From positions 1,404 to 65,403 of the forward strand of contig JAZBOL010000033.1 of assembly GCA_036351115.1 (NCBI GenBank): a stretch of 64,000 bases of DNA, written 5' to 3'. Below are positions 25,138-35,425 of this stretch, in pieces. The notes under the pieces were generated by a model that saw nothing but the letters and a program-made list of their open reading frames with translations, was not told the DNA's origin and did no database searches. The DNA is from Lysobacterales bacterium (GTDB lineage: Bacteria; Pseudomonadota; Gammaproteobacteria; Xanthomonadales; SZUA-36). The stretch's first letter is position 1; the number at the start of each line of letters is the position of its first letter. The position numbers and the translations under genes are program-made.

Positions 25138-28100
25138 ACCGTGCCGTCATCCCCGGGCTCCACGGCCTTGGGTTCGACCTGCATGACCGCGAGGGCCAGC
25201 TCCGCTGAGCCTTCGGTGGGCGGGGGCAGCGTATCCCCATCTGCCTCGGCACCGGCACCAATAGCCGGGGTCTCCGCATGGGCCGCGAGCGCTTCCGCCA
25301 CGGCAGCCGACCGGGCGCGGGCCAGCGCCTCGAATTCGGCGAGGCCGACGTCGACGCTGTCGATCAACCGTTTCCGAAGGTCCGCCAGGTAGGCCGTTTC
25401 GTCGAATACGACATCACCTTCCGGGTCATCCGGGGGCGGCGCTTCGTGGGTCGCGGCGATCTGGGCGAGGTCGGTTTGCGGAAACTCCTCCTGGTGCAGT
25501 GCCTCGAGCGCGGCCCGGTCCCGTTCCGTGGAAAGCTCCCCCCCGGTGTCCGGATTGGCCGTCTCCCAGGCGGCGATCCGCTCGTCCACGGCCTGCTCGC
25601 GGAGGGCCTGTGCGTCCACGGTTTCCGACCAGACGCCGGGTATTTCTAGGGCCAGTTCAGGCCGCTGTTGCATGGCTTCCGCGAGCTTGAGCAGCTTTTC
25701 CCGGTCCGGTGGCGAGATTTCGGCGCTGCCGGGTTCAAAGGCGATGATGCCGAAGTCTTCGGACTCGATGCCCACGAGGCTGCCCAGCAGCCGGAAGGGC
25801 GCCGTCACGGCCCGGGTGATCAGGTTGCCCAGTACCTGCATGATGACGCCGCCGATGCGGAATTCGGGGTTGTTGAGGTCGCCCTCGACGGGAACGTCCA
25901 GGTCGATGACGCCTTCCGAGTCCTTCAGCAGTGCGATCGCAAGACCCAGGGGAAGACTGCCCGCATCGGGGTGATCGATTTTCTCCCCCAGTTCGATTTC
26001 CCGTATGACCACGCCGTTTTCCCCGGCCAGTTGACCCTCCTGGACGACGTAACCCAGGTCCGCGTCGAGCCTTCCTGCCGCGATCTCGTAGCCGGCGAAC
26101 TGGACGGAGTAGGGGGACAGGCGAGAGATTTCGAGGTTACGGAACACGACATCGATGTCCGTTTGCCGAACCGGGTCCCAGGCGTTGATGGTGCCGTTGA
26201 TGCGCGCCTGGCCGAATTCGTTGACCTGGCCCTCGAGGTCGACGGACGCCGGCTCCCTGGAGCGTGTCGCCAGGGTGGAGATGTCCCCGTCCATGTCCCG
26301 GATAGCGGCTGCGAAGGGCAAGGGCAGGGAGGCGTCGGAAAAATCGAGCGCCGCATCATCCAGGCGCACTCCCCCAACGGTGATGTCCGGCAGGGGTGCG
26401 CCGTCTTCGCTGCCGGCGGCATCACCCGCCTCGCCAGGGTCTTCGTCGGTCACCAGCACATCGCTCACGTTGGTCGTCAGGTCCTCGGCGATATGAAACC
26501 GGCCATAGAGGCCCTGGAGCTGAGCGGTGGAGGTTTCGATGCGCTCGGCGGACAGGTCGGCTTCAAAGCGATCCAGGGTCAGCGCGGTCCAGGACACGAG
26601 CCGTTCCTCGCGCCCCCGGTCCACGACATCCAGGTCGGTCAGCTGAAGATTGCCGGCGGCCTCCAGAAGCTGATCCGGGCCATGCCGGATGTCGGCCGTC
26701 AGATCCAGGGTTCCCCCGGCGAGGTCCACGTTGGCCAGGGCGTTCACGTACGGCTGCGCGAGGGGAATGGCCAGTCCGGTGATGTCGATCCGCCCGGTTG
26801 CGGTCAACTCGGGAAAGGCCGTGACGGCGCCCTGGAACGCCAGGTCCCCGCCGGATTCGAGCCGTGCATTGACCGCGAGGGGAAACTCGGACCCGTCTTC
26901 GAGATCGATGCCCTCGATCTCGAGCGCCAGGCCCTGGATCTCCGCCGTCAGGGCGGGTTCGACGGTGCGGTCTTCGACGGAAAACCCGCTGTCCGCCACG
27001 GTGAAGCGGTCAATGGCGGCGGACCAGGTGTCCTCGGCCGCCCCCGGGGGGGCGATCGCCTCCGGGTCTTCCGTGCCGGCTGCCGGAAGGAGGTCGAGCA
27101 GGTTCATTGAGCCGTCCTCGCGCAGCACGATCTCGGCATCGAAGTCCGTCACGTCGATGGCCGCGAGGCGAGCGCTTCGGGACAGCAGGTCGAAGGTCCC
27201 ACCGGCCCACTCCGTGCGCTCCACGCGGATCAGTTCCTCGTTGGTATCGTCCGTGAGGAGGGCGAGGTCGCGGACATCGCCCCGGATGTTTTCGAGCACG
27301 AGATCGAGGCCGGCTTCCGTGATCCTGGTGTGGTAGGACACGTCGAGATCGACGCCGGAAAAGTCGATGTCGAGGGGCAGGTAATAGTCCAGGTAGGGCC
27401 GGATGTTGGGCATGGCGTTGCCCCGGAAGACGATTTCCCCGTCGCTTCGAAAGGGCACGATCTGGATGTCGCCACGCCAGCTCAGCGAATCGGTCTCATT
27501 GAGCAGGATCGAGACCGCCTGCTGCCCGGCATGATCCGGCAGGGTCCGCACGTCGTCCACGTCCACGGTGATCGGTCCCAGGGTGTAGGTGAACCGGTCC
27601 GCGGGGCCATCGATCACCCGCACGCTGGCGTCCCGAACGCGAAGTTCCTGGACAATCGCTCGCGGCGGCAGGTCTTCTTCCGCTTCAGCCGATGCTTCCT
27701 CGGCCGGAGCCAGGTCAGCCAGGAAACGCACCAGCCGGGTGTCCGTTCCTTCGAAGCGTTCCTCGAACAGGTAAAGCTGGTCGAGTTCAATGCGCTTGAA
27801 ATTGAGCGCCCAGTCGATCAGGGAACGCGTCTCGAAATCCACGAAGAGACGGTCGTAGGCGATAAGCGGTTCGCTGTCCGTGTCGCGAAGCTCGAACCCG
27901 GTCATTTCGAGGGTGAGCAGGTAGGGGTTCGTGCGGGTCTCCTCGATCGTCAGGGAGCGGCCCACGGCCTCCATCTGCCCGGTGAGCACGCGTTCCACGG
28001 CCCAGGGCGCCACCAGGAAGCCGAGCAGCGTATAGGTCACCAGGGCGATGAGCAGCCAGCATCGTTTGCGACGATAGTCCAGCCACGGCTGCAGCCAGCC

Positions 28101-28139
28101 CGGCAGGGCAGTGGGTCGGGATTCGGTGCTGTCTGTCAC
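25104..28139 (-). CDS. DUF748-domain (AsmA-like) large envelope protein
   Basis: 1011 aa with an N-terminal TM anchor (CWLLIALVTYTLLGFLVAPW), then a long repetitive beta-rich region. The N-terminal block RSLTIEETRTNPYLLTLEMTGFELRD is typical of DUF748. Confidence 0.75.
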   Translation of the reverse strand: MTDSTESRPTALPGWLQPWLDYRRKRCWLLIALVTYTLLGFLVAPWAVERVLTGQMEAVGRSLTIEETRTNPYLLTLEMTGFELRDTDSEPLIAYDRLFVDFETRSLIDWALNFKRIELDQLYLFEERFEGTDTRLVRFLADLAPAEEASAEAEEDLPPRAIVQELRVRDASVRVIDGPADRFTYTLGPITVDVDDVRTLPDHAGQQAVSILLNETDSLSWRGDIQIVPFRSDGEIVFRGNAMPNIRPYLDYYLPLDIDFSGVDLDVSYHTRITEAGLDLVLENIRGDVRDLALLTDDTNEELIRVERTEWAGGTFDLLSRSARLAAIDVTDFDAEIVLREDGSMNLLDLLPAAGTEDPEAIAPPGAAEDTWSAAIDRFTVADSGFSVEDRTVEPALTAEIQGLALEIEGIDLEDGSEFPLAVNARLESGGDLAFQGAVTAFPELTATGRIDITGLAIPLAQPYVNALANVDLAGGTLDLTADIRHGPDQLLEAAGNLQLTDLDVVDRGREERLVSWTALTLDRFEADLSAERIETSTAQLQGLYGRFHIAEDLTTNVSDVLVTDEDPGEAGDAAGSEDGAPLPDITVGGVRLDDAALDFSDASLPLPFAAAIRDMDGDISTLATRSREPASVDLEGQVNEFGQARINGTINAWDPVRQTDIDVVFRNLEISRLSPYSVQFAGYEIAAGRLDADLGYVVQEGQLAGENGVVIREIELGEKIDHPDAGSLPLGLAIALLKDSEGVIDLDVPVEGDLNNPEFRIGGVIMQVLGNLITRAVTAPFRLLGSLVGIESEDFGIIAFEPGSAEISPPDREKLLKLAEAMQQRPELALEIPGVWSETVDAQALREQAVDERIAAWETANPDTGGELSTERDRAALEALHQEEFPQTDLAQIAATHEAPPPDDPEGDVVFDETAYLADLRKRLIDSVDVGLAEFEALARARSAAVAEALAAHAETPAIGAGAEADGDTLPPPTEGSAELALAVMQVEPKAVEPGDDGTVQLELAVSVAE

Positions 28140-28242
28140 GGGGGGCCCTCGAACGCGCGGTCAGCCTGAGTATAGGAAAGGGTCGTCAGCGATGGAACGG
28201 TGGATGCGGTTTCCACGGCCGGATCGCGAATCGTTGGGCGTT

Positions 28243-29601
28243 TCAGTCCGCAAGGCGGCGGAGCAGGCGCGGATACCAGAGCGCCTGGGTCAGGCCCCGC
28301 ACCGCCATGAAAACGAGCACGGCGCCCCACAGGCCGGCCAGTCCCCAGCGTGTCGTCATGGGGCCGAGGATCAGCACGTAGACCACGAACGCCACGGCCA
28401 TGGTGCCGAGCATGGCCCGGGCCGCGGTCGCGCCGATGAAGACCCCGTCGAAGTGGTAGCAGGCCACCGCGACCACGGGAAGGGCCGCCACCAGGGGCAT
28501 GACGGCGGCGGTGGCCCGGCGCACGGCTTCGATGTCCGTGAGCATGGCGGTGATCCCGTCGCCCGCCCACCAGAACAAGGCTGCGTAGGCGAGGCTGGCG
28601 ACGAAGGCCCAGGCGCCGGAAACCCGGACCCAGCGCCGAAACTCCGTCTTGCGGCCGTGCCCCCAGGCGGCCCCGGCCTGGGCTTCCGCCGCGTGGGCGA
28701 AGCCGTCCAGGCCCAGGGAAATGAGCAACAGGTACTGGTTGAGAACGTGGCTCGCCGCCATGGCGGTTTCGCCGAGGCCGGCAGCCTCGCGCATGATCAA
28801 CGTGAGGGCGATCATGAGGAGGATGGTCCTCAGGAAGATGAAGCCGTTCAGCACCAGCAGCGGACGGAACGATGACAGTATCCAGGTCGCGCGATCGCGC
28901 AGGACGCCGAGCCCGCGGGAAACCGCCGGGATGCGCCACAGCAGCCACAGGCCGAGCAGCGCCGCCAGCCACTGGGCGATGAGGGTGCCGAGTGCCACGC
29001 CGGGCACGCCCAGCTCCAACCCCACGACGAACCAGACGTTCAGCACCGCGTTGCCCAGATTCAGGGCGACCTGCAGCACCAGCACGGCCGTGGTTTTGCC
29101 CAGCCCGAACAGGACCCCCGAGATCGCGAAGACGAGCAGGCTCGCCGGCGCCGCCCAGATCCTGAGGTCGTAGTAGGCCTCGGTCACCGTCACGACGTCG
29201 GCCGGGGGCGCCAGCGCCGCGAGGCCGAGGCGCCAGATCGGCTCCTGCAGGACCCAGAGCAGTGCGCCGAACGCCAGGGCCAGGGCGCAGGATCTCGCCA
29301 CGACCCGACCCAGCTCCTGGCTGTCGCCGCGACCGTGGGCCTGGGCCACGAGTCCGGTGGTGCCCATGCGCAGGAAACCGAAGGCCCAGAACAGGAAATT
29401 GAAGATGACGCTGCCCAGTCCCACCGCGGCCAGGTGCACCGCGCCGGGCAGATGGCCGACGGCCCAGGTGTCCACGAGGCCCACGAGCGGGGCGGAGGAA
29501 TTCGCGAGAATCGCCGGAAACGCGATGGTCCACACGCGGCGATGGACTCGACGGGTCGACAGGTTGGCGGGGGCGGCGGCCTGGCTTTCGGTGTGTGACA
29601 A
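28243..29601 (-). CDS. MATE-family efflux transporter
   Basis: 452 aa, 12-TM pattern. The N-terminal IAFPAILANSSAPLVGLVDTWAVGHL is typical of MATE/DinF-like proteins. Confidence 0.85.
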   Translation of the reverse strand: MSHTESQAAAPANLSTRRVHRRVWTIAFPAILANSSAPLVGLVDTWAVGHLPGAVHLAAVGLGSVIFNFLFWAFGFLRMGTTGLVAQAHGRGDSQELGRVVARSCALALAFGALLWVLQEPIWRLGLAALAPPADVVTVTEAYYDLRIWAAPASLLVFAISGVLFGLGKTTAVLVLQVALNLGNAVLNVWFVVGLELGVPGVALGTLIAQWLAALLGLWLLWRIPAVSRGLGVLRDRATWILSSFRPLLVLNGFIFLRTILLMIALTLIMREAAGLGETAMAASHVLNQYLLLISLGLDGFAHAAEAQAGAAWGHGRKTEFRRWVRVSGAWAFVASLAYAALFWWAGDGITAMLTDIEAVRRATAAVMPLVAALPVVAVACYHFDGVFIGATAARAMLGTMAVAFVVYVLILGPMTTRWGLAGLWGAVLVFMAVRGLTQALWYPRLLRRLAD

Positions 29602-29604
29602 ACC

Positions 29605-30492
29605 TCAGGGGCCGGCGGCTTTCAGCACGGACTGCGCCCGGGCGCGGCCGCGCAGGGTGATGAACAGGATGCTGGCCAGGATGATGGAACCGCCGATCCA
29701 CAGTTTCGGGCCGGGGCTGTCCCCCCAGACCAGCACGCCGAAGCCGGCGGCCATGGGCGTCATCATGAGCATGTAGGGCATGACCAGCGGCACCGGGTGG
29801 CGCTGCACGAGCAGGTAGAACACGCCGTGGCCCACGAGCGACGCCACCACCGTGGTGTAGGCCAGGGCGGCCCAGTGCCATCCCGACGCGTTCTGAATGG
29901 CGAGCCACTGGTTTTCCTCGAACAGCAGCGTTCCCACGGCCATCACCGGCAGACAGATGATGGCGCTCCAGCCCTGGAAACTCATGGGCGTCAGTCCGCT
30001 GAGCTTGCGCATGAGCACGGAAGCCAGCGCCTGGGAAAACGCCGAGAACAGGATCAGGGCCAGCGCGGCCGGCTGGCGAAGCACCAGGGGGTCAAAGGCG
30101 ATCACCATGACGCCTGCGAAGGCGGTCGCGGTCGCCGCCAGGGTCCGCCAGCCCGTTCTTTCCCGAAGGACGAACAGCGCCAGGAGCACGGCGAAGGGGA
30201 TGTACATGATCTGCAGCACCGCGATCGACGTCACGTCCTCGGACACCCGCAGGGCCCAGAAGAGAAACGTGAAATGCAGACCACCCATGCACAGGGCGAC
30301 GGCGATCAGGCGCGGCCACTGCCCCGCCGGTGGACGATGCAGCAGGGGCAGGGTGAGGAGGATCACGCCGGTGAAGCGCAGCACCATGAAGAGCAGGGGT
30401 GGAAAGCCCTCCATGCCCTTGGCGCCGGCGGTGAAATTGAAACCCCAGGCGGCGCACACCAGCACCACCAGCATAAGGTCTCGGGTCGGCAA
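29605..30492 (-). CDS. EamA/DMT-family transporter
   Basis: 295 aa with 10 TM in two EamA-like halves (VCAAWGFNFTA..., LFSAFSQALASVLM). Confidence 0.8.
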   Translation of the reverse strand: MPTRDLMLVVLVCAAWGFNFTAGAKGMEGFPPLLFMVLRFTGVILLTLPLLHRPPAGQWPRLIAVALCMGGLHFTFLFWALRVSEDVTSIAVLQIMYIPFAVLLALFVLRERTGWRTLAATATAFAGVMVIAFDPLVLRQPAALALILFSAFSQALASVLMRKLSGLTPMSFQGWSAIICLPVMAVGTLLFEENQWLAIQNASGWHWAALAYTTVVASLVGHGVFYLLVQRHPVPLVMPYMLMMTPMAAGFGVLVWGDSPGPKLWIGGSIILASILFITLRGRARAQSVLKAAGP

Positions 30493-30498
30493 GGAGGG

Positions 30499-33219
30499 TC
30501 AGCCCGTGTTCTGGATGGCCAGGGCGATCCCGGTCACCGTGGATTTCAGGGCCCGGAGGAGTTCGTCATCCTCCCGGTTCGAAGCACGCCAGCGTTGCAG
30601 CAGGTCGATCTGCATGAGATGCATGGGATCCGCGTACGGATTGCGCAGGCGGATGTTGCGCTGCAGGGTTCGCTGGTCGTCCAGCAGCTCTTCCGTGCCC
30701 TTCAGGGCAAGAATATGACGGGTCGCCAGGGCGAACTCGGCATCGATGGCGTCGAACACCGGGCGGCCTTCTTCGCCCGCCAGCGCCGCGTAGCGCTGGC
30801 CGATCTCCAGCGTGGATTTGCCCAGGACCATTTCCACATCGTTGATCATGCCCCGGAAAAAACTCCAGCGCTGCAGCATGTCCCGAAGCGGCTCGATGCC
30901 GTGTTTCCCGATCAGTTCGTCCAGGGCGGTGCCGATGCCATAGACCCCGGGAAAGCCCACGCGCACCTGCGCCCAGGAAAACACCCAGGGTATCGCGCGG
31001 AGGTTTTCAATGCCCTGGCCGCTGCGACGGGACGCGGGCCGTGAACCGATGTTCAGCTGCTCGATCACGTCGATTGGCGTGGCGGTTCGGAAGGTGTGGA
31101 TGAAGGCCGGGTCGCCGTAAACCATGTCCCGGAAGGTGCGCCGGGCCGTGGCCGCCAGCTGCTCCATGAGGCCGCGCATGTCGTCGTCGGCATGTTGCCC
31201 CGTGTCCGCCAGGTGGTGGCGAAGAACGGCGCCGGTCATGAGTTCCAGGTTGCGCAGGGCGATGGGGCGAATGCCGTATTTCTGGTTGATCACTTCGCCC
31301 TGTTCGGTCACGCGAAGGCAACCGCCGATGCTGCCCCCCGGGGCCCCCTCGATGCCGTTGACGAGGTTTCCCCCGCCGCGGCTAACGGTGCCGCCGCGCC
31401 CGTGGAAGAAATGTACCGTGACGTCATGGCGCCGGCCAATCTCCACCAGTTGCCGTTGTGCCTCGTAGAGCCCCCAGCGGGCCGCGACGATGCCGCTGTC
31501 CTTGCTGCTGTCCGAGTAACCGACCATGATCACCTGGCGGTCGCCGCGACGCGCGAGATGCGCCCGGTAGGCCGGTTGAGCGAGCAACTGCCCGAGAATC
31601 TCCGGACCTGCGTCCAGGTCGTCCACGGTTTCCAGCAGCGGCGCGACGTCCAGGGGCACCTCGTCATCGTGCGCCAGTCCGCCGAAACGGGCGAGGGCCA
31701 GGGCCGAGAGCACGTCGTCTGCACCCTGGGTCATGCTGATGATGAACAGGCCGGTGGCCTCCAGGCCGAACCGTTCGCGGCCCTCGCGGATCGCCTCGAA
31801 CACCCGGAGGGTTTCCTGGGCCTGGTCTGACAGGGGTGCCCGGGGCAGGGCGGGCATGGGGCCCTCCAGCAGATGGGTCAACCGTTCCGCGCGGGTGTGC
31901 ACGTCCAGTTCGGCCCAGTCCGGTGTCTCGAGCAGTTCCGCCAGCACGTGGCGATGCACCAGGGCGTCCTGCCGCGAGTCCAGGGTCGCAAGGTGGAACC
32001 CGAAGGTATCGATTTTTCGAAGCAGGCGTCGCACCCCGAACAGGCCGGCGTGTCGTCCTTTCCCGGCCTCCAGGCTGCGCGCAATGCAGGCCAGGTCTTC
32101 CCGGAATTCGTCCGGCGTCGCGTAGCCAGGCTGCACGTCGCGCGCGGTGTTCGAAAGCTTGCCGGCGATGAATTTCAGCATGCAGCGATAGGGCATCTCC
32201 CGGTGGCGGGCGGGTATGCGCGCATCCACGTCCGGCAGCTCGGCCGCCAGTGCCGCGAGGCGTGGCTGAATGTCTCCGGCGAAGCGGGCCACGCCCTCGC
32301 TCTGGCTCAGGTAGCGCGCGAGGCGGTTCACCTCGGGCAGGTAGCAGCGGATGATGGCCTCGCGTTGCGTGGCCAGCGATTCGAGCAGGGTCTCGCCGGT
32401 GACGTTGGGGTTGCCATCCATGTCGCCGCCGACCCAGGAGCCGAAGCGAAGCAGGTCGCGATAACTGGCCTTTGCGGCCCCGGCGCCATAGGCCGCCTCC
32501 AGGGCCTGTTCGAGAGACTCGTGGAATGGCGGGACGATGCGATAAAGAATGTCCGTCAGGTAAAACAGCACGTTGTCGAGCTCGTCGGATACCTGGGGTT
32601 TCACGCCCGGCACCGTGGCGGTTTGCCAGGCGCTGTTGATGGCGTCGCGGATCCGATCGAGGACCTGCTGGTCCTCCTGTGGCGTCAGGTCCCCGGTCAC
32701 CCGTTCCGTCAGGCGGTGAATGATGGAGTATTCCTTTTCCAGAAAGCTGCGCCGCGTGGCCTCGGTCGGGTGCGCGGTGAAGACGGGTCTGATGCGCAGT
32801 TCTTCGAGCAGGCCGGCGAGCCGGTCCGCGTCGACGCCCTCCGCGGCCAGGGAGCTCATGACCTCCTGGAGGCTGCCGGCCTGGGCGGCGGCCTGGTCCT
32901 TCTGGTAGGCGCGCCGTCGCCGGATGCGGTGGGTTTTCTCCGCCAGGTTCGTCAGGCGCAGGTACGTCGAAAAAGCCTTGATGATGCGTAGTGTCGCCGG
33001 CACGTCCAGGCTGGCAAGCAGTTTCTCCAGTTCTTCCGGGTTGGACTCGTCATCTTCCCGCCAGGTGATGGCGGCGGTGCGGATTGCCTCGACCTGATCG
33101 AGCAATTCCTGGCCATGCTGTTCCACGAGCGCCTGGCCGAGCAGCTGGCCCATGAGACTGACGTCCGCCCGGAGGGGCAGGTCTTTCTCGGGAAAATCGA
33201 TCTGGCGGATTTCGGTCAT
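30499..33219 (-). CDS. ppc: Phosphoenolpyruvate carboxylase
   Basis: Motifs VFTAHPTEATRR, GYSDSSKDSG, FHGRGGTVSRGGG and C-terminal AIQNTG. The start is set at ATG 33219 (MTEIRQ), giving 906 aa. Confidence 0.95.
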   Translation of the reverse strand: MTEIRQIDFPEKDLPLRADVSLMGQLLGQALVEQHGQELLDQVEAIRTAAITWREDDESNPEELEKLLASLDVPATLRIIKAFSTYLRLTNLAEKTHRIRRRRAYQKDQAAAQAGSLQEVMSSLAAEGVDADRLAGLLEELRIRPVFTAHPTEATRRSFLEKEYSIIHRLTERVTGDLTPQEDQQVLDRIRDAINSAWQTATVPGVKPQVSDELDNVLFYLTDILYRIVPPFHESLEQALEAAYGAGAAKASYRDLLRFGSWVGGDMDGNPNVTGETLLESLATQREAIIRCYLPEVNRLARYLSQSEGVARFAGDIQPRLAALAAELPDVDARIPARHREMPYRCMLKFIAGKLSNTARDVQPGYATPDEFREDLACIARSLEAGKGRHAGLFGVRRLLRKIDTFGFHLATLDSRQDALVHRHVLAELLETPDWAELDVHTRAERLTHLLEGPMPALPRAPLSDQAQETLRVFEAIREGRERFGLEATGLFIISMTQGADDVLSALALARFGGLAHDDEVPLDVAPLLETVDDLDAGPEILGQLLAQPAYRAHLARRGDRQVIMVGYSDSSKDSGIVAARWGLYEAQRQLVEIGRRHDVTVHFFHGRGGTVSRGGGNLVNGIEGAPGGSIGGCLRVTEQGEVINQKYGIRPIALRNLELMTGAVLRHHLADTGQHADDDMRGLMEQLAATARRTFRDMVYGDPAFIHTFRTATPIDVIEQLNIGSRPASRRSGQGIENLRAIPWVFSWAQVRVGFPGVYGIGTALDELIGKHGIEPLRDMLQRWSFFRGMINDVEMVLGKSTLEIGQRYAALAGEEGRPVFDAIDAEFALATRHILALKGTEELLDDQRTLQRNIRLRNPYADPMHLMQIDLLQRWRASNREDDELLRALKSTVTGIALAIQNTG

Positions 33220-33343
33220 GGGTTCGGTCGGTGGGAGGCGGCGCGGTACGTCCGATGGTTTCCCATAACGGCGGCATGTGCAAGGGCGCGTGCTTCGCCG
33301 GTGACGGTGCGCGTAGCTCGTCGCCCGACTTTGCCGGGGCGGT

Positions 33344-34513
33344 TTACTCGAAATACACCGGATCACCGGGAACCAGGCGAAGACCATCGGCCCGGTCCAG
33401 CCCGTTGAAGCGCATGATGCCCTGGAGGTCATCCACGTACGCCTGGCGGCGTTCCGAGTATTCCTGCAACGTCCCTGCCAGGGCGAGGCCGTCAAACTCG
33501 ATCGGGCCCGGTTTCCCGGCGCGTTGCCGTTCCCGTTGGCGCCGGAAGTCCTCGTAAACCCGGTGCGTATTCAGGTTGAACAGGTAAGCCCGGACCGACT
33601 CGATGGGACTGTCGAAAGCGCGCACACCGTAACTGCCCAGGGATTCCCGCTGGTTCTCAGGCCGCAGGGCACTGTCATCCCAGGCCCACTGGCCGAACAA
33701 CGCGTTTCCCGTGGTGGCGAAGCGCGAGGTGCCGTAACCGCTCTCATAGGCCGCCTGGCCGAGGGCGAGGGAGGGCGGTACCGTGTCCACGCGTCGCAGC
33801 AGTTCCTCCAGGTCCCCCGGTTCGAGGGAAGCCTGGCTGTCCGCCGGCAACACGCCGTAGCGGACGGCGAGGGACCGGGCGTCTTCGTGTTCGGCCGGCG
33901 AAATCGGTGCACGGTTGAGCCGCTTCCGACGGTAGGACTCGAGGCGTTCCCGGTCGTTGAGCACGGCCTCGTTCTCCAGCAGGACCAGGGGCAGTACGGC
34001 CCGGTAGAACACGCTTTTCTTGAGGGGCACGGAGATGCCGTCGGCCCAGCCCGGCTGAATCGACAGGGCGACCACCGGGGGCACGACAACAGCCTCCCCT
34101 TGTTCAATCTGTTCGGCCGTGTAGCCCACCGCTTCGAAGAACCAGGTCAGGTAGTCAAGGGTCACGCCTTGCACGACATCGAATTCCGGGTGGTCGAGCC
34201 GTTCCGGCGCAGGCTGGGGCGCGGCGGACAGATCGATGCCGGCCACCAGCCGGTCGAATTCGGTGGGCTCCGGCGGATTGATCTCCGCATCCTGCGCCAG
34301 CGTTTCATGCAGGTTCTCGGCCCGCAGCACGGCGTCCGCGGTTGCCGTTTCCTTGCGTGTTTCTTTCTGGAACAGCGGAAGCAGCAGGCCGGCGCCGAGT
34401 AAAAGAACGCCGGCGACCAACAGCAGCCGCCGGCTCACCGGCGTGTCGGTGGTTTGCAGCAGCGTCTCGCGCCGACGACGGCCGGATGAGGAATGAGGGT
34501 CCTTCGGTGACAT
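33344..34513 (-). CDS. Bax-like glucosaminidase-domain protein with an N-terminal membrane anchor
   Basis: TM LLLVAGVLLLGAGLLL. Glucosaminidase block LGQAAYESGYGTSRFATTGNALFGQWAW. Confidence 0.75.
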   Translation of the reverse strand: MSPKDPHSSSGRRRRETLLQTTDTPVSRRLLLVAGVLLLGAGLLLPLFQKETRKETATADAVLRAENLHETLAQDAEINPPEPTEFDRLVAGIDLSAAPQPAPERLDHPEFDVVQGVTLDYLTWFFEAVGYTAEQIEQGEAVVVPPVVALSIQPGWADGISVPLKKSVFYRAVLPLVLLENEAVLNDRERLESYRRKRLNRAPISPAEHEDARSLAVRYGVLPADSQASLEPGDLEELLRRVDTVPPSLALGQAAYESGYGTSRFATTGNALFGQWAWDDSALRPENQRESLGSYGVRAFDSPIESVRAYLFNLNTHRVYEDFRRQRERQRAGKPGPIEFDGLALAGTLQEYSERRQAYVDDLQGIMRFNGLDRADGLRLVPGDPVYFE

Positions 34514-34529
34514 GCGAAATCCAGTAAGG

Positions 34530-35408
34530 CTAGTGCGCCCCGGCCGCTGCCCGCAGGACCGACCGGATGGAGCGCTCGACCCGGCTCGCCCAGCCGGGTC
34601 CGAACAGGTTGAAATGATTCAGCAAGTGATACAGCTGGTAAAGCGTTCGCCGATCGTCCGCACCCGCGGGCAAGGGCCAGGTCGTCTCGTAGGCCTGGAA
34701 CACCGCGCGGTCGAAACCGCCGAACAGTTCCATCATGGCGAGGTCGGTCTCGCGATCGCCGAAGTAGGGCGCCGGGTCGAAAATGACCGGCGATCCATCG
34801 GCCAGGTAGCCGTGATTGCCACCCCACAGATCGCCGTGAACCAGGGATGGTGCGGGTGCATGGCCCAGGAGCCGCGCGCTGGCGGCTTCGAGTTCGGGCA
34901 GGGCGATCCCCGGATCCAGGCCGGCGACCCGGGCGCGGTCCAGCTGGGGGGCCAGGCGCCGGGACCACCAGAATTCGGGCCAGGAAGTCCCCGGGCGGTT
35001 GTCCTGGGGAGAGCCGCCGAGAAAATTGTTCTCGTGCCAGCCGAACCGTCGGTGCGATTGGCGGTGAAGTCGCGCGAGCCGACGTCCGAAATCGGCGGCA
35101 TCCCCGTCGCGTGCGAACGCGAGCCACTCGGTGACGAGCCAGGCGTGTTCTTCGCTGCCGCCGGCAGTGACGGCGCGGGGCACGACCGGGCCGCCCGCCA
35201 CGGCCAGGGCGGTCAGGGCGTTCATTTCCGTTTCGAAGAAGGGTCGGCAGGCGGCGGTATTCCACTTGACGAACCAGCGCCTGCCATCGCTTTCGAGCCG
35301 CGCGGCGCGGTGCGAGTCGCCTCCGCCGACCGGTGTGAGGCTTGCCGATCCGGGTTCGACGTCCAGCGCGAGACAGAGATCGGTCAGGAGATCGTCGGAA
35401 ACCGACAC
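34530..35408 (-). CDS. Fructosamine/ketosamine kinase family protein
   Basis: GGGDSHRAARL, WFVKWN and the catalytic LVHGDLWGGN. 292 aa. Confidence 0.88.
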   Translation of the reverse strand: MSVSDDLLTDLCLALDVEPGSASLTPVGGGDSHRAARLESDGRRWFVKWNTAACRPFFETEMNALTALAVAGGPVVPRAVTAGGSEEHAWLVTEWLAFARDGDAADFGRRLARLHRQSHRRFGWHENNFLGGSPQDNRPGTSWPEFWWSRRLAPQLDRARVAGLDPGIALPELEAASARLLGHAPAPSLVHGDLWGGNHGYLADGSPVIFDPAPYFGDRETDLAMMELFGGFDRAVFQAYETTWPLPAGADDRRTLYQLYHLLNHFNLFGPGWASRVERSIRSVLRAAAGAH

Positions 35409-35425
35409 GGTTCAGCCGGTGCGCT

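Noticed and set aside
28136-29908. 590-aa minus-strand ORF spanning the MATE and EamA genes in another frame
   Set aside because: The translation is R/P/G-rich with no TM pattern. The alternative frames give clean 12-TM and 10-TM transporters with sensible starts and a 3-nt spacing.
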